From positions 4,170,408 through 4,234,407 of the forward strand of contig CAJFCJ010000006.1 of the NCBI GenBank assembly GCA_904063045.1: a stretch of 64,000 bases of DNA, given 5' to 3'. How positions within the stretch are numbered: the first letter of the stretch is position 1; each line of letters begins with the position of its first letter. Source of the stretch: Dimorphilus gyrociliatus. Its lineage: Eukaryota > Animalia > Annelida. The notes below the pieces were generated by a model. The model saw nothing but the letters and a program-made list of their open reading frames with translations, did no database searches and was not told the DNA's origin. Positions 24,493-40,151 of the stretch are shown piece by piece. A program made the position numbers and the translations under genes.

Positions 24493-27356
24493 CTGAAAAT
24501 TGTTTTGGACATAACAAAATACTTGAAAAAAAAAAACATTCATAAAATTAAATTGCAGTCGTTACATTTAAATAAATCTAAATCCTTGTTTAATATCGAA
24601 ATTGATAGATAAAAATAGATTTTTTTTTAAATACGTTCGTGAAAGATTTAATATCTAAAACATCTTTCATCCGATTAATTCTAACAAATTACCTCAATAT
24701 ATAATTGATAAATTAGATGGGCTGGCGCTCAGATTTCCCTTTAAATATTCTCACTGATATAGTCAATTTTATATGGATATTATATTATTAATTATTATTA
24801 TTAATTAAATAAAAATTAATCTTATACTATATATATATATATAGTATTAGACATTTTAATAAACAGTTTATTGTAAATTATTTCAACTTATCCCTCAATA
24901 GTTTATCCATTCAGCATTTCGAATCCTAAGGGATTTAAAGACTTCTTACTTTTTATTGCTAATAAAACTAAGTACTACAAATACGAAAAGTTTCGTATAT
25001 AAACTTTATAAACAATAAGCCAATATACAATTTTGATTTACATTATTTCTTAAATATTGTAAATATATGAATATTTAAAGAAATTATAATAGGAATTAAC
25101 TGAATTCATATTGATGCTAATTAATTTTAATTGTCTTAATTAATAAATAAGACGTCTACTTTACCTGAATTTTAAACTTCAACTATAAGAAGTGAAAACG
25201 AACTCGTTAGTTTAGATTATGATGAGGAAACAAGTTTTCACAATTAATATACTCTTAATATATACGCATAAATGTGCATTTGTTCATCGATTACCTTTCC
25301 CTTGCGACATTCCTAATTACGTACTAAAATTATAAATAGACAATTTTCTTGCGTTAAAATAATATGACGGTTCTTTAAACTATTTATAATATATAAATAA
25401 AAGGCACAATTTTGATGATATAATATATGTTCTTTTATAAAGTATAATTAAATTATTTACTCAGCGAAATCAAAGTTTTAAATAAGAAAGAAACTGTTAC
25501 AGGAAACAAGTAAAAATCCTCTTTTCCTTTGTTTAATTAACTTTTCCTGTGAAGAAAAAAGTATTGGTATCATTTCATTGAAAATTTTATCCAAGGTAGA
25601 GATTTCTAATTTTAAAGTGACGTATTTTTTTCCTAATTGAAGAATAGTTGTAGAGGAAAGTATATAAAATCATTCTCAGTCTCTTTGTTAATCATATGAT
25701 GATTAATTATAAAAGTCATAACGGTAAATCTTAAAGATTTTTATCATCTGCGAAAATTGTTTATATACTAGTTCTAAATAACTAATAACGCAATGAAGTA
25801 ACGTATCATTGTATGCAATATTGTACAATGCTGGTATATATGTACAGTATATAAATATTCTTATAATAACTAAAATTGAATATATCTTACCTGAAATGCA
25901 CAATTGCTGTATAAAGTCCTTTGTTATTATATTTCAGTAGTATTCTTGGAATATTACCGACCTTCAGCTAAAGTGTCCTTCTTTCCGTATTATAAAATTA
26001 CTAAGTCCTGTGTTAGCTTTACAAGAATACAATTATATTGCTTGAGGAGCCTGTACCACAGTCCTTTCGATCTGTCAATAAATGTAATAGTTATAAATAT
26101 GTTAAATATGTATATACATATAGAGTGTATAGGTAAATATAAAAAAGACGAGGGAGGGAGAGGGGGAGAAAGAAAGTGCATCCATCAACTGAATTTCCTT
26201 TGCTTAGTGGAAACTAATTTAGATTAGTTTGAGTCTTACTAAAGATCAATGGTAACGGTTAGTATTTCGTGAATATGTAAAGGCTTCGAAATCATAGAAC
26301 ACTTTCTTTGGTAGAATTACCTAAAGGTACGAAACAAAGACAGAATGGGATGGAAGAGAACATAAAGGTATATTCTGATAGTCAATAAAATATAAAATAT
26401 ATCAATAAATCCTCTATATTGCTATTGCTTATTGTATATATACAGTCAAGCATAATGTATATATGTATGTATGAATATTGATGACGCTGTTCCAGAATTG
26501 AATTATGTAAAGATGAGAATAAAAAATAGTTTTACTGTTAAAGTATACAAAGTAGTGAAGTATAGTTGTTAAATGCCGAATTTCTCTTTATATACAATAT
26601 ATAAATTAATTAAATTAATTAGCTTAATTTATAATTCTAATTGTCAAATGCACTTGTAACAATTTAGTGATATTGCTATAGAAATATGATATGAAATAAA
26701 TACTCAATTAACTTTGCACGTGAATAGATGAGTGGATAAGTCTTTGAAAGTTGCAATTCTAACTAATCACGACAGGGGTCGTTTAAGAATGTTAGGCAAA
26801 TAAAGTTTCAGATGTGTATGTATTTATTTGATAAACTGCACATCTATAAAATACCCTGAATACTATTTGTAGTTCACCAACAAACATTGAAATGGAATAA
26901 ATCGAATATCTAGGATGTCAACATCCGTTTCCGTATGTTAAATTGTTTTATACGCTCTATTCCTTAATTGCTTAATGTAAACTCTTAAACTAGATGCTGA
27001 GAAAAACAACAAATATGCTATTTACACAGAAAAAACAGTCTATAATGGTAAAATTTATGTAATTAAATGTATCAGTAAAATTTTCCTTGCTCTCGTGTAA
27101 TTTTCCCAGTACATCCATTATTCTCTCAGTATGATGGGAAAAACTCAGCTTGTTATTCTCCTTCTGGAGCCATGCCAGGCAGTTTATTTTAAAATTAATA
27201 GAACATATTGAGGAAGTAAGAAAAGAATAAATGGCTTAAATACACTATATATTTCATCCATATAATTATTAAAATAATATGTTTATTAGCATTTCATCAA
27301 TAGAGAATGAGAAAAGATATATTAAACATTTAATAATTATAGTTTAATTAAATATA

Positions 27357-30300
27357 TTATCTTTTCAGGGGCTTCATCTTATCCACTGGACTCCTTTAAA
27401 AAAAATTTATATTAGTAATATAAAAATTACTTTTAATTAAACGTCAAAGATATGTTTTCTTTCATTAAATATGGAAGATATTATTAAGAATTAGTAATAA
27501 TTTATTACTTACTTCATATATTGGTCCAGATACGCTAAAATGTCTTTTTGTCTATCTAATGCTGGTAGACTTTTAGAACTTCTAAGGGTGTCCGTTTTCG
27601 AGATCGCCTTCTGTAAATATTTCTTTTCGGGAGGCTGAAAGAGGAAAGAAAAATGTGTGTTGAATACAGCTCTTTAAAGTTGAGTTTCTTAGCATTGGAT
27701 AATTTGTCAGCATAGCTGCTAGCTCCTAATTAGTGAATAAAGTGTTTAATGCAGTAGTTCGGTTACTCACCTCAACAACTGCAATTTTTTCGCATTCCTT
27801 GACGTCTCTTTTATCCGTATCTTCGTGAGAATTAAAAGAAGAATTGACCAAGTCGTCTGTATCGGATGTCTTAGATTCGCTTTTATCCAAAACATCTTTA
27901 TTTGGGGATTCTTCCTTTTTCTTTTCCAATTCCGTCCGGGGTCGCAGGGGTAAAACAGGCTTAAAGGCCTTTTTGGCTTTTGATGAAGTTATTAAGTTGA
28001 TAGAAGGCCTACCAAATTTTGAGCTTACTGAATCCTTGTCTTCGTTTTGATCCTTTATTTCCTTCGAATTAGGTAGAGATTGAAAAAATCTACTCTTAAA
28101 CGATTCATTCGGTGAATTGATCTTCTTAGCAAACATATTCCTCGGGGGTGACTTTAATGGACTGTCCATTATAACAGTTATCTTTTCACTATCTTTATTA
28201 TCCAGCACGCTATTTCGATTCTGAGATGATTTTGAACAATTTAAATCGAATACGTTCACTTTTTCAGTTTCATTCTCTTTTTCGCTGTCAGTAAATGATT
28301 CAGCTTTTCTACTCTTTTTAGGATTTAGGTAAGATTCCAATTTAATTTCACTATCAGAAAATTTTTTTTCATCCTCTATTTTATAGAAATAATATAAATA
28401 TGCATAGATAGTAACTAATTAGAATTTCTTGTTAAATAAACCTGATAATGATCTCTTTAAACCATTGATTTTAACGCTTATTCGTTTTGTTTTCATGCAA
28501 TTTCGTTCTGTTTTATCCGTGATTTCATTACCTTCATTCTTTTGTCGAGGTAATTTGTAATCCTGATGCCAAATGCTCGTAAAAGGCGTCTTAAATTTAG
28601 GCTAAAAAGATATTTCATTTATAAAAGTGTGAAAAAAATGGCCCTTTTTTTTGCTACGTATAAGAAAAGTAGCATATTTATTATTTAAAACAAACTTTGA
28701 ATTTTCTTGGATCGTATACATCCATAATCTCATTATTATTAACGTTAATATTCCCTAAAGCAACTTGAAGTGCTTTTTTTTCTTCCATAAATCTTTAAAG
28801 AAAAACATATAGGAGAAAAAATTCCTTTTTTTAAATTTGATTAAGCCATTAACAACTTACGATCCTGCATAGCTCAAATCTTCGTCCTGAAGATGTTCCG
28901 GTACGTCATTCAACCGTCTCAATTTCCTAGTTAAGGGATCGAATACTATTTGGTATAAAAATGTGTTGTCTGCCTTTAAAAAACCACTTATATATTCTTC
29001 AGTTACACTAAGAGAAGACATTTTTAAAGTTAACGGAAGTTTCCTGAGAACAATTCTTATATCGGTTTGTCTTGTTAATTGGAATACTTTATTTGCCTTG
29101 GCTAATCCAATTCCAGGTAGAGATGCAAGATAGTCGCATCCGGATAAGATACAAAGATAACGGAATTTGTCAAAAGTATACCATGCTGAATTTAACCCGA
29201 TTGATTCATTTAGTCGAGATTTTTCTATTATAACGCCATTGCCATTTAAATCCATTTTAAACATTATCTATGGAATAAGTTAATAAACTATTAAAACTAA
29301 TTGTATGTTAATAATCTAATAATATTTTCATACTTTCTCACAACCAAATAAAACTAAATCAGAATCCTCTGTTATTATTACTTGAGCTACACCAATTTTA
29401 TTCAAATAAGCTAATTGAGCGTCTGCTTCGTAGGGAGCAACAATGCAATCAACACCAGCATCCCTGCATGTTTGAATTAATTGAAAAGCCATTTCGGGAG
29501 TAACCTCGGTACATCTTTGCAAACATTCCCTAGCCTCTTTATGTTTTCCATCTCTTATAAGGGATGCTGCTTTGTCTTTATACTGTTTTCGTTTACTGAA
29601 AAATAAATACCAAACAGTTATTTCAATAGAGGACAGTTTGTAGATGTCTGGATGCATTCTTCCATAAGTAGGCTATACGTCTAATTATAGAATATAAGTT
29701 TAATATAATAGACCTATAATATAAGAAGAATTCCATGGAAAATCAATTGAATGGTTTCGTGCATGCTATTGTTAATTGCGCAAATGCAAAATTAGTAGCT
29801 GGCAAGTAAGCTGTTTTTATAACAATGCCATTGAAGGATAAATATCCATTTCTCTAAGATTTACTCCTTGCAGCATTACAGAACTTGTCCTTTTCTTCGA
29901 AAAGAACTGTAAATATATTGCATACTAACAGACCTAAGTGTTTTATATTCACAATTATAAAAAAGTAGAATAATACTGAATATAAAAGGTGAAGTAAATC
30001 AAGAGAATTGTTTATTGTCTTGTTTATGCTCCATTAGATGCTAAATTTAGTAAATTCTCTATACCTTTTAAAGGATATAACATCAAAATTAATAGCCTAC
30101 AGCAAATAATTTACTTCTTTAGTTATTTAACTTGTATTTTTTCGCATCATTAAACGCCTTCTAATAATTAACTCGGAAATAAAATTTCATTTCTTTTTAA
30201 AGGCCAACCTTTAATTAGCTTTAAGAGATCAAGTTAATATATTTTTCTACTATTTGGAAAAATGTTTAGAAGTTTTATATAAGTAAATTATCATAATTTT

Positions 30301-30684
30301 TCATCGGGGGAGGATATTAAAAATAAATTCATTATTAACTTACTTTTTTCTCTGCAGTTCAGTCTCTTTTTTAGACGGTAAATTGAAACCGTCAAAAACC
30401 ATAATCGGTTTAATGCCTAGCGATAGAAGTTTGTTTACATACTTCATGCAATATTGTACGAACCTGTGTCAAAGACAATGCATAATTTTATTCTATACAA
30501 CAGCATTTAAAATTAATTCTAACATATCTGTGTGTTCGCCAAGAGCAAGTTTATCTGCACATGCGAAAGCGCCTTTGTGCAACCAACAGTATGAATCTAC
30601 TGCAACAGTTTGTCCTTTAAAAGCTAAAATATTACACGGTTTTGAAGATTTCTTCAAAAACGGTAAAAGTCCCGAGATACCCAT
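27357..30684 (-). CDS. EXO1: Exonuclease 1 (XPG/RAD2 family)
   Basis: [12 protein letters not shown]...[20 protein letters not shown]; [14 protein letters not shown]; [13 protein letters not shown]; [20 protein letters not shown]. Ser/Lys-rich C-terminal region. Modelled last exons 27634-27513 and about 27393-27357 include PIP-box-like QKDILAYL. The 3' end is less certain. Confidence 0.92.
29735..30153 (+). CDS. Candidate nested antisense small gene (about 78 aa) inside the 748-nt EXO1 intron
   Basis: Exons 29735-29805, 29859-29908 and 30038-30153 with GT-AG introns and matching phases: [78 protein letters not shown]. Other acceptors are possible. Confidence 0.4.
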
Positions 30685-30781
30685 GTCGGTAAATATATGT
30701 TAAAACTCTTCACGCTAATAAATTGTAAACAAAATCAACGTTAACGTTAATTTTCATTAACTGAAACACAAAACATTTCGC

Positions 30782-30789
30782 TTTCGCGC
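30782..30789. promoter_or_regulatory. E2F site in the EXO1/LRPPRC bidirectional promoter
   Basis: TTTCGCGC matches TTTSSCGC, about 100 bp upstream of the EXO1 ATG. EXO1 is a cell-cycle-regulated repair gene in vertebrates. Confidence 0.5.
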
Positions 30790-30990
30790 TTTCCCTCGTT
30801 TATCGTCCTGTCTAGTCACTTGGCAAAACGTTTTTTCAAAACTTTTCATACAACAGAAATCTTTTAAAAGTTCGAAAAGTTTCTTTTAAATTTTTTTCTT
30901 TTTTTAATAGTTGGCATCTTAAAAATTAATATTCACTTGTATGATGTATTTATTTTTTCTAAACGTGCTCCTATGTACTTCCATTTCAAA

Positions 30991-33900
30991 ATGGCGACCT
31001 TCATGAAACTCTGGCGCATGCCGGTTATTCGGCGATTCCCTTTAAGATTATCTGCAATAAACTCAAGTAGAAGAGGAAATGATTTTTCACTTAAATCTAA
31101 CCTACATATTGATTGCAAGTTTGTAGTTATTTCTTCAATACCTTATACACGTGTTTCGAAACTATGTTCTTTTCCAATTTCGTTAAGTTCTTATATTACA
31201 TTTTCAATGTTTTTCAATAGTTTTGCAAGATATGCTTCGACATCTCAAAAGACAGCCGATTTAAGAAGGCAACAGCGTAATACGAGTGTACCAGAAACTA
31301 TAGATCAAAAACTGTACGCTCTTGACAATCAAGTTAGACGCTGGGGCAGATTAGACATAGAAAATATAACTGATATCATGGAAAAAATAATGAAAGAAGG
31401 TATTAATTCCATATTTTTAAAATTAAGATATATTCTGTTGAATTGTAATAAAGTTTTATTTCAGTTAAATTACTAGAATTAATGTACAAATATATGTATG
31501 TCATAGTATAAGTCTTGTTAATTTCCATTAAAAATTTTTTACTATAAATAATAATTAGACGCAATCACCTATAATTGATAGTTATTTTTTATATTTAGGT
31601 AAGGTCTCTGAACAACAGAGCTTGATACTTCTCCGAGGTTGTGGTAATCATCTTGTTAAAGTCACCCCAGAGAAAAGAATGAAACTTTTTCATGAAATAT
31701 GGGAACAATTTGCTAAACTTGGATTAAAACCTTCAACGAATCACCATAATGCCTTACTTAGGGTTAAACTCGAAAACGGTGAAATTTGTTCACCCACTGA
31801 ATTCTTACAAGAAATCGCAAAAGCTGATTTAAAACCAAATAAAATGACATACCAATTATTAATTCATGTTTATTGCAAAGAAGGAAATTTAGAGGGAGCA
31901 AGTACAATTTTGGAGCAAATGAAAGCCGAACAAATGTCTCTGAATGAAACTATCTTCAACAGCTTCATAATGGGTCATATGAAAGCAAACGATGAAGCTG
32001 GAGCATTAGCTGTTATAGAAAAAATGAAAGAAGCAAAAATAAAGCCATCTGCTGATACATTTAAGAACATGTTACTGTGCTATGCTGAACATGGTAATAT
32101 GGAATCTATTAGACAATTGTTGGTAAATATCGAAAAAGAAGATGTTATTCTACTTCCTCGACATATTTGTGAAGCCAGCTTTGTTTTAGTTTCGCATGGT
32201 CATAGCGAATATATGATGGAGGTTATTTTTATCTGTTTTTAATTATTATTTAAAATACCATAATGTAAACGCTTTTCAAAACAGATGATGGATTGTTTGC
32301 CAAAAAATTTTGGAAGTAATCACGACATTATCAATACTGTATTTAGATTAATCTCCAGCGGGTTCGACGAGGAAGCTTTCAAACTACATGAACGTTTGCA
32401 ACGACCGGAGCTAGGGAATAATGACAATGCTGTGGGAAGTATTAATCTCTTGCGAGCGATGGTTATTAGTGAAAGACCTGTTAAGAAAGTTATGAAATTT
32501 TTCAATCAATTAAAAGAAAGCAACACTATAGATAAAAGCTTTCATCTTTTAGGCTTTTGGGCAATGAAGTTTTGTAGTGCAGGTTCGTTGACAAGTTTAA
32601 GTATAACTATATACAGTATATTAATAACTAATTCAAACATGTAGATTACGCTAAAGCTCTTATTGATGAAATAAAGAGTGCAGCTGAGAGAGGAGTAAGT
32701 TTTATATCTACGAACGGAATATGTAATTCTATTTTGTTTTTACTTTAAGTCTGATTCTACTTTTGCTCCTCCGGTTTTTTGGCCTCACTTTGAAAGATTC
32801 GAAAAAACAAAAGATGTTGATGGTAACAAAATTAAATTTTAAAAATTACATAAACTATTATTGTTACATTTTGTAGGTATTTATAGACTTTGCGACATTA
32901 TTAGTTCATCATCACTGAACAGTTTTGAAGGATTTAAAACTATATATAGTCATGGTGTAAAAAGTCTAAAGCGTCTTAATATGAATATTGATGTTATCAA
33001 TGAAAATTTAAAGGTGCGAGTTAATTTTTCACATTTAAAACAACGTAAAGGCAATTCATTATAAATATATTTAAAAGAAATTCGGCGTCGATCCTAAAAT
33101 AGCTGACGGATGCAGTCTTCTAACATATTTGAGTAATGGAAATATTGATAAAGTTATCGAAATCATAAAATCAGGACAATTCGTCACCAACATACAATGG
33201 TTGAAAAGCAATTTTTCTGTTGGGTATAGAAATCAAAATCTTGAACTTGAGAAAATTATTGAAGTAAGGATAATAAATGCCTACACTAAAGTAGTAGTTA
33301 TCACATTTTTGTTTGTTATAGATGTTACAAGAAATAACAAAAAAGGATGGAAACTGGGGAGAATTTTCTGCAGATGTACTAAATACATTGTTAAGATTTA
33401 GGCGAACAGAACAAAATAAAGAATTTTTTGAAAATGCTATAGCAAATTTTCAATCTAATGTAAGTTTCATTGTGTTAAAAGTGACTACATTTTGAACATC
33501 AGTTTAATTTCTATTAGAATATCAAGTTAAATAACACATACAAAAGAAGAATTGAACAAGCCTTAGAGTTGATTGATGAGAAATCCTTGATGACAGTATG
33601 TCTTTAATTGGTTTCTCAATTGTCTAATATTCAGTTACTTACTTTTTTCAAATTAGAAATTGGATGATCTTTGGATCGGAAAAGGAGAATCAAAGAGCTT
33701 ACAACTGCCAGTTAATGTAAAGAGACAGAATTATTTATAAAATTTCTTTCATTAAAAAAGACAATCTGTTTTTTTTTAGGAACTAATGCAAATGAATGTA
33801 GCCAATTTAGAAAAACTTTATGAAGATCGTTTGAAATCAAATCAACCTACTAGGCAAATCGAAAAATGGCTTCTATCGAAATATTGTTCTGCTGGAGTAA

Positions 33901-36633
33901 GTTTAAAATTAAAAATTTTGATGTTTTTGTATTAATATATTACACTTGACAGGAGGTAGAAAAGGCGAAAGAATTAAAACAGAAATTGGACAGTTTAGAC
34001 TTTGATTACAGCCCAGAACTTCTCAGACAACTGGCTTTTATGGAAGCAAAATTCAATAATAACCCTGATGATGCCAAGTTATATTTGGATGAACTGTAAA
34101 TATTTAAGAATCTTCAACAGTCACCTTCTGATAATCTATTAAAATTTCAATAACAGAAAAAGAAAGAATCCTCAGTATTCATCTTATATAGGCGTTTTAT
34201 TCTCACTTTGTAATGCTTTAGCAAAACGAGGCGATCTCACAGGTTAGTTTTCAACCATCTTGATTTCAAATGGAAAACATATATAGATGTTATTTCTTAC
34301 TTATATTAATATTTAGCTATTATAAATGAATTGAGAGTTTATGCCAATCAAAATGGATCATACCTAAAGGGACAAAATTATGAATTCCAATTTGCTGAAA
34401 GTATAGAAAAGATATTAGAGTCTTGCTCTGAATGCTCATTGGAAGACCAGACACAGTTTGTTGAAACTGTATTTGAGAATGGGTATGTAAAAGAGGGAAC
34501 TTATTCTATTCTAAAACAGCTTGTAAGAAATGTTTTGAAAAGGTTAGTTGAAAAATACTCTATATCGATTTCACGTTGGCATATTTATAATTATCCTATA
34601 TTGTTTGTTTTTAGAGAAAATGTAGCAGACACAATAAAAATATTAGAGTTTTGTATTGATAAATATAATAGAACACCATTATTCGTTGATGTTTTCAAAT
34701 TTATATTGAAAGAACAAGACCTCGAGAGTTTGGAAACTGTTGTTTCTTTAATATCAAAGTCTATGGGCCTTTCAGAAACCCTTCATCATTTGGGCTTCAC
34801 TCTGGTTCGATTGAATAAATCTGTGGAAGCAACAAAAGTTTTTCAGGTATGAATATGGAAACAGTTATATTGTAAAACAGTTGTTTTTCTAATCTAAAAT
34901 TTCATTTTGAAGGTAAAGGGAATTACCGCAAATAGAGGACTAATAAAACGTGAAGCGGAAATGTTGTCCTCAGAAAGAAAAATTGAAGAACTTAGAATTT
35001 TGTGCCAATGTACAAAAAATATGTTTAACGTTGACAGAGACGAAATTCTCTTTGAGTATATAAGAGCTCTAGGTAAGTTTTGTAGTCTGTTTCTTTTTTT
35101 ATATGCTAATCTCGCTATTTCATTTTTAAAACTAAAGCTTTAGATAAAGATAATAGTCAAGAACTCTTAGATGTTTATTCTTTGTACGAGGAAGAAAATG
35201 TTTTGCCCAGACCCAGAACATTAAGATATCTAGCCAATGTTCTTGAAGGTAGAGGAGAAAAAGTTCCATTTTCTGTTCCACAATTAATGAGTGGTAAGGA
35301 CAAGCCAAAAAACAAAAAGACAGAAGATTTGGTATAAAAAAGAGCAAACTTTTATACAGTATATGACATATTCATTTTTTCATTCATTAGAATATTAAAA
35401 CATCCGACGAACAGGAACAATCTGCTGTCAGCTATTTAAGGGAGAATAATATGCCTGCTTTCTTTGATTTATGTCGGGAGAGAAAATTGTCAACAAATTT
35501 TATTATAAAGGCTTTACTAGCTTTGTTGAAATATAAAGCACCTTGTAAGAAATATCATTTACACGCATTATGTAAAAGTTAATTCTGTTTTATTAATATT
35601 AAAGCCTTCAAAGACGCTGTATTTAAGTTAAGTGAAGAAGGAAGAGATGATGTTTTAGTTGAATTATTAGATTCTGAATTTCTTCAAGGACGTATGAAAA
35701 ATTTTGTCGAGAAGAGATATACGACGGCAGCAATTGCTAGGTTTTGAAACTAAATCGATTGCTAATTACGATTTTACAAACTTTCTTGTGAAATTTTTAG
35801 GGGAAATGCTGAAGATGTTATAAAACTTATGGAAGATGACTTATCGAATTTACCAAAGTTCACAAGTACCCATGCTTTCTGTTTGATGGATGAAAAGTCT
35901 CCGGGTCTCATGGAGAAAGGTATTTTTTGTACAATAAAATATACATTTGAAAGAAACACAGCAGTACTAAATGTACGTTAATTACAAATCTCATAGTTGA
36001 AAGTCTAATTATGAAGTATTATCAAGGAGGAGGCGCAAGAATTGCACAAGTATTAAATCAATTATTTAACTATTTTGTTGCAACTGATAATTTGGATAAA
36101 GCGAAAAAATTGTTGGAGGTAAAATATTCTTTACTCATCAACTATATTTGTTTGTATTAATATATTTAATTATTCTTTAAAGGATATGCCTCTTCTTCAA
36201 AAAAACATCAGATATTTGTCAACTATCACAAATGCTAGAGAAAATGGACGAGAAGATGTTCTACTGAAATTGAAAGATCTATTAGTACCGTATGGAGCAA
36301 ACAAAACTGCTCCAATATTTGGGCAGCTCATCAAATTGAGCTGTGACGAAGGAGAAGTGGAAAAAGCAGTTAGTTACGTGAAGGAAGCAAGAAATTTGGG
36401 TATAGAAGATGAAAAGATTTGGGTTCAACCACTTCAACAATTAGAAGAATTGTGTTTAGAACGATCATTACCTCTGCCATGGCCTGTAAGTTTTTTCTGC
36501 TTTAGATTTAGTATAACTTTCCAATGTAATCCAATTTTATATTTCTTTTTAACAGGCCGGAACTTTACAAAGTAGACAAGAAAAAATAAAAAAGAGGCAA
36601 GAAATGAGTGACGTTTCTGATTTATCAGAGTAG
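30991..36633 (+). CDS. LRPPRC: Leucine-rich PPR motif-containing protein, mitochondrial
   Basis: Basic presequence MATFMKLWRMPVIRRFPLR; LDNQVRRWGR...LILLRGCGNHL...STNHHNALLRV...PNKMTYQLLIHVYCKEGNLEGASTILEQMK (PPR repeats in LRPPRC order); many exons. Confidence 0.88.
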
Positions 36634-37161
36634 TTCTTATAAATAATAACAACGTTTTTGTTTATATTATTTTAAGATTTTAGGAGTAACCTATAATGAA
36701 ATTTTTTAAGTTTATTACATTACAAATACTGAAAATATGTTTACAAGACTTTTCGGTTAAATTTTCTCTTTGCTTTGTTAGAATTCAGTTAGATGTATTT
36801 AATTGAAAGTTTAGTTAGTTTTAGCAGTTATAAATATCTAAATCAAAAAATAAAAATACTATACTAATAGTTAAAAGCTATTGTAAAATAGTGAAAATTC
36901 ATAAATTAAGTAATAGTTTTTGCAATTTTTATATATTTTATGGATCTTAATAAAGATACTGTAACAGTCGTCCACAAGATAGGCAGATATTTCACAATTG
37001 CAGGACTATAGGCCTACTCTTTGGAGGAAATCTCATTGGTCATCAGTTAGATTGATCGCTTTTTTTAATAATTATAATATAATAATCTCTGGAAATAGAT
37101 ATAAAAAGCTTCTCTTTGTAGAATAATCATATGGACAAATATATTTTTCAAGGCAAAATTT

Positions 37162-38058
37162 TTATAAAGTTGAACAGTAACAATTAGATGATGCAGGTGA
37201 ATTATTAGAAGCGAGATTTAATCCTTGTCCTTGAGCTTCCCATAGACCAGGCGTTTGAAGGATCTATGTTGTGAGAGAATTTTTAATAAATTAACCTAAT
37301 TTTGATATCAATTATAATGAAACAAACTTTTTCTACTAATTCTTCAAATGCGCATTGAACACCCTCCTTGGTTTTAGCACTTGATTCAATGAAAAGCATA
37401 TGATGTTTTCTGGCAAACTTTAAACCCTCATCTCTGCTGACAAGCTTTTGAGGATGATCAACTTTATTACCAACAAGCATTTTAACAATATCATGCTTTG
37501 TGGAGAAAGTTTCAAGCTCTGATAACCAAGCTTCAAGACGGTCGAAGGAAGCACGATTAGAGACATCGTAGACGAGAATAACGCCCTGTGCTCCTCGATA
37601 ATAACTTGGAGTTAACGTTCTGAAACGTTCTTGACCTGAAATTAGACCAAAAGTATATAAATATTCTTCAAAACGCATTAAATGTTAATAATCAGGCAAT
37701 CAAACAGAGAGAAAGTTAAATATTTTAAATAAACTGGTAATGATTGCTTTCTTTGTTCGCCTACACTTTTCATTTAGACGTTCGAAAATATTTACCAGCA
37801 GTGTCCCAAATAGCTAATTTGGCTCTGTTGCCATCAATAGATATTGTCTTCACTTTGAAATCGACACCAATTGTTGCTGCTTGTTCAGGATCAAAAGTAT
37901 CTTCAGTAAATCGTAATAGAAGACTGTTGAAAGCGATAATTAAATAAATTTAGAAAGCAAAAAGTAAACGTGTTAGTTAGCAATAACCTTGATTTTCCCA
38001 CCCCACTTTCACCGATAATAAGTATTTTCAGAGTTGTGAGAATACTTCCGTCATCCAT
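37162..38058 (-). CDS. RAB18: Ras-related protein Rab-18
   Basis: [19 protein letters not shown]|[29 protein letters not shown]; last exon ILQTPGLWE...CYCSTL* (CAAX). Confidence 0.95.
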
Positions 38059-38160
38059 TTTCAAGGTCTATATGATTACCGAATAATAAAATGATTTTTT
38101 TTCACATAAATCTGCTGTTAAGCGGACGATTTCATTATTTTTGAGCAACTTGCTGACGAA

Positions 38161-38168
38161 CCGGAAGT
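38161..38168. promoter_or_regulatory. ETS-family site in the RAB18/YIPF4 bidirectional promoter
   Basis: Perfect CCGGAAGT in the 290-bp gap between the two divergent ATGs; a typical housekeeping bidirectional-promoter motif. Confidence 0.55.
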
Positions 38169-38348
38169 TGCGTAAAAGTAATTTCGTATTTTACAGATTC
38201 TATAATAATATTATCATTTATTTAGACAGATACTATGTACCCAGTCTTTAAAATATAACTTGTTGGTATTTCATTTATTCGAAAACTTTCAGAATTCAAT
38301 AAAAGGATTAAAGTGAGAGAAACTTCCTTTGGGCGATATTACACCATC

Positions 38349-39553
<1,205 letters not shown>

Positions 39554-40151
39554 GAAAGAGTTTTTTTTTAAATGAAGTTACTGTAAAATTGAACAATTTG
39601 AGACTAATATTAGCTTGATTAAACATTATCGTTTCTTTTCCATACTTTTTATGCTTTGGAAATGCAATAAACTAATTTATAGTTAACGGTTATTTTTGTA
39701 TATAAATTCAATTTTTTTGAGATATGAAATTTGCATTTATATCTTCTACGAACAGTTGAATAAATTTAAGCAACGATTCCAGTTTCAATCAATTTCCTAT
39801 CGATTTTATAACGTGTGCAGTATTTGCGGAGTAATGATCCACCGCCATCTAAGAATAAGCCTACAATTCTTGTTAAAAGTACTTTTTGCACTATCAATGT
39901 TCACTCCGTTGGATATTGAAATTAACTTTCTACTCTTGGACATAATAATATATATTACGTTAAAAATGCAAATGGAAATGTTTACAGCTTTTGTCGAAAT
40001 ATTAAAACATAATTTTTACATTTTAAGTTTTAGCCTATGTAATTAATTAGCTTTCTTCTGACAGGGATTGTATATGCGTCTGAAAATGAATTTGACCAAA
40101 ACGAATGAGTTATTTGCTCTTCGTTGCTGAAATTCTGTTAAAATATTCGCA

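Noticed and set aside
26909-27412. Possible plus-strand micro-gene (MSTSVS|YDGKNSACYSPSGAMP|[10 protein letters not shown]...) and GC-richer patch at 27090-27190
   Set aside because: Needs a non-canonical donor, overlaps the last EXO1 exon in antisense, is under 40 aa, and shows no ncRNA hallmarks such as an Sm site or complete C/D boxes.
27668-27725. Extra EXO1 exon after the AG at 27726
   Set aside because: The following intron would be only 33 nt and the phase does not match; direct splicing from about 27771 to 27634 keeps the frame.
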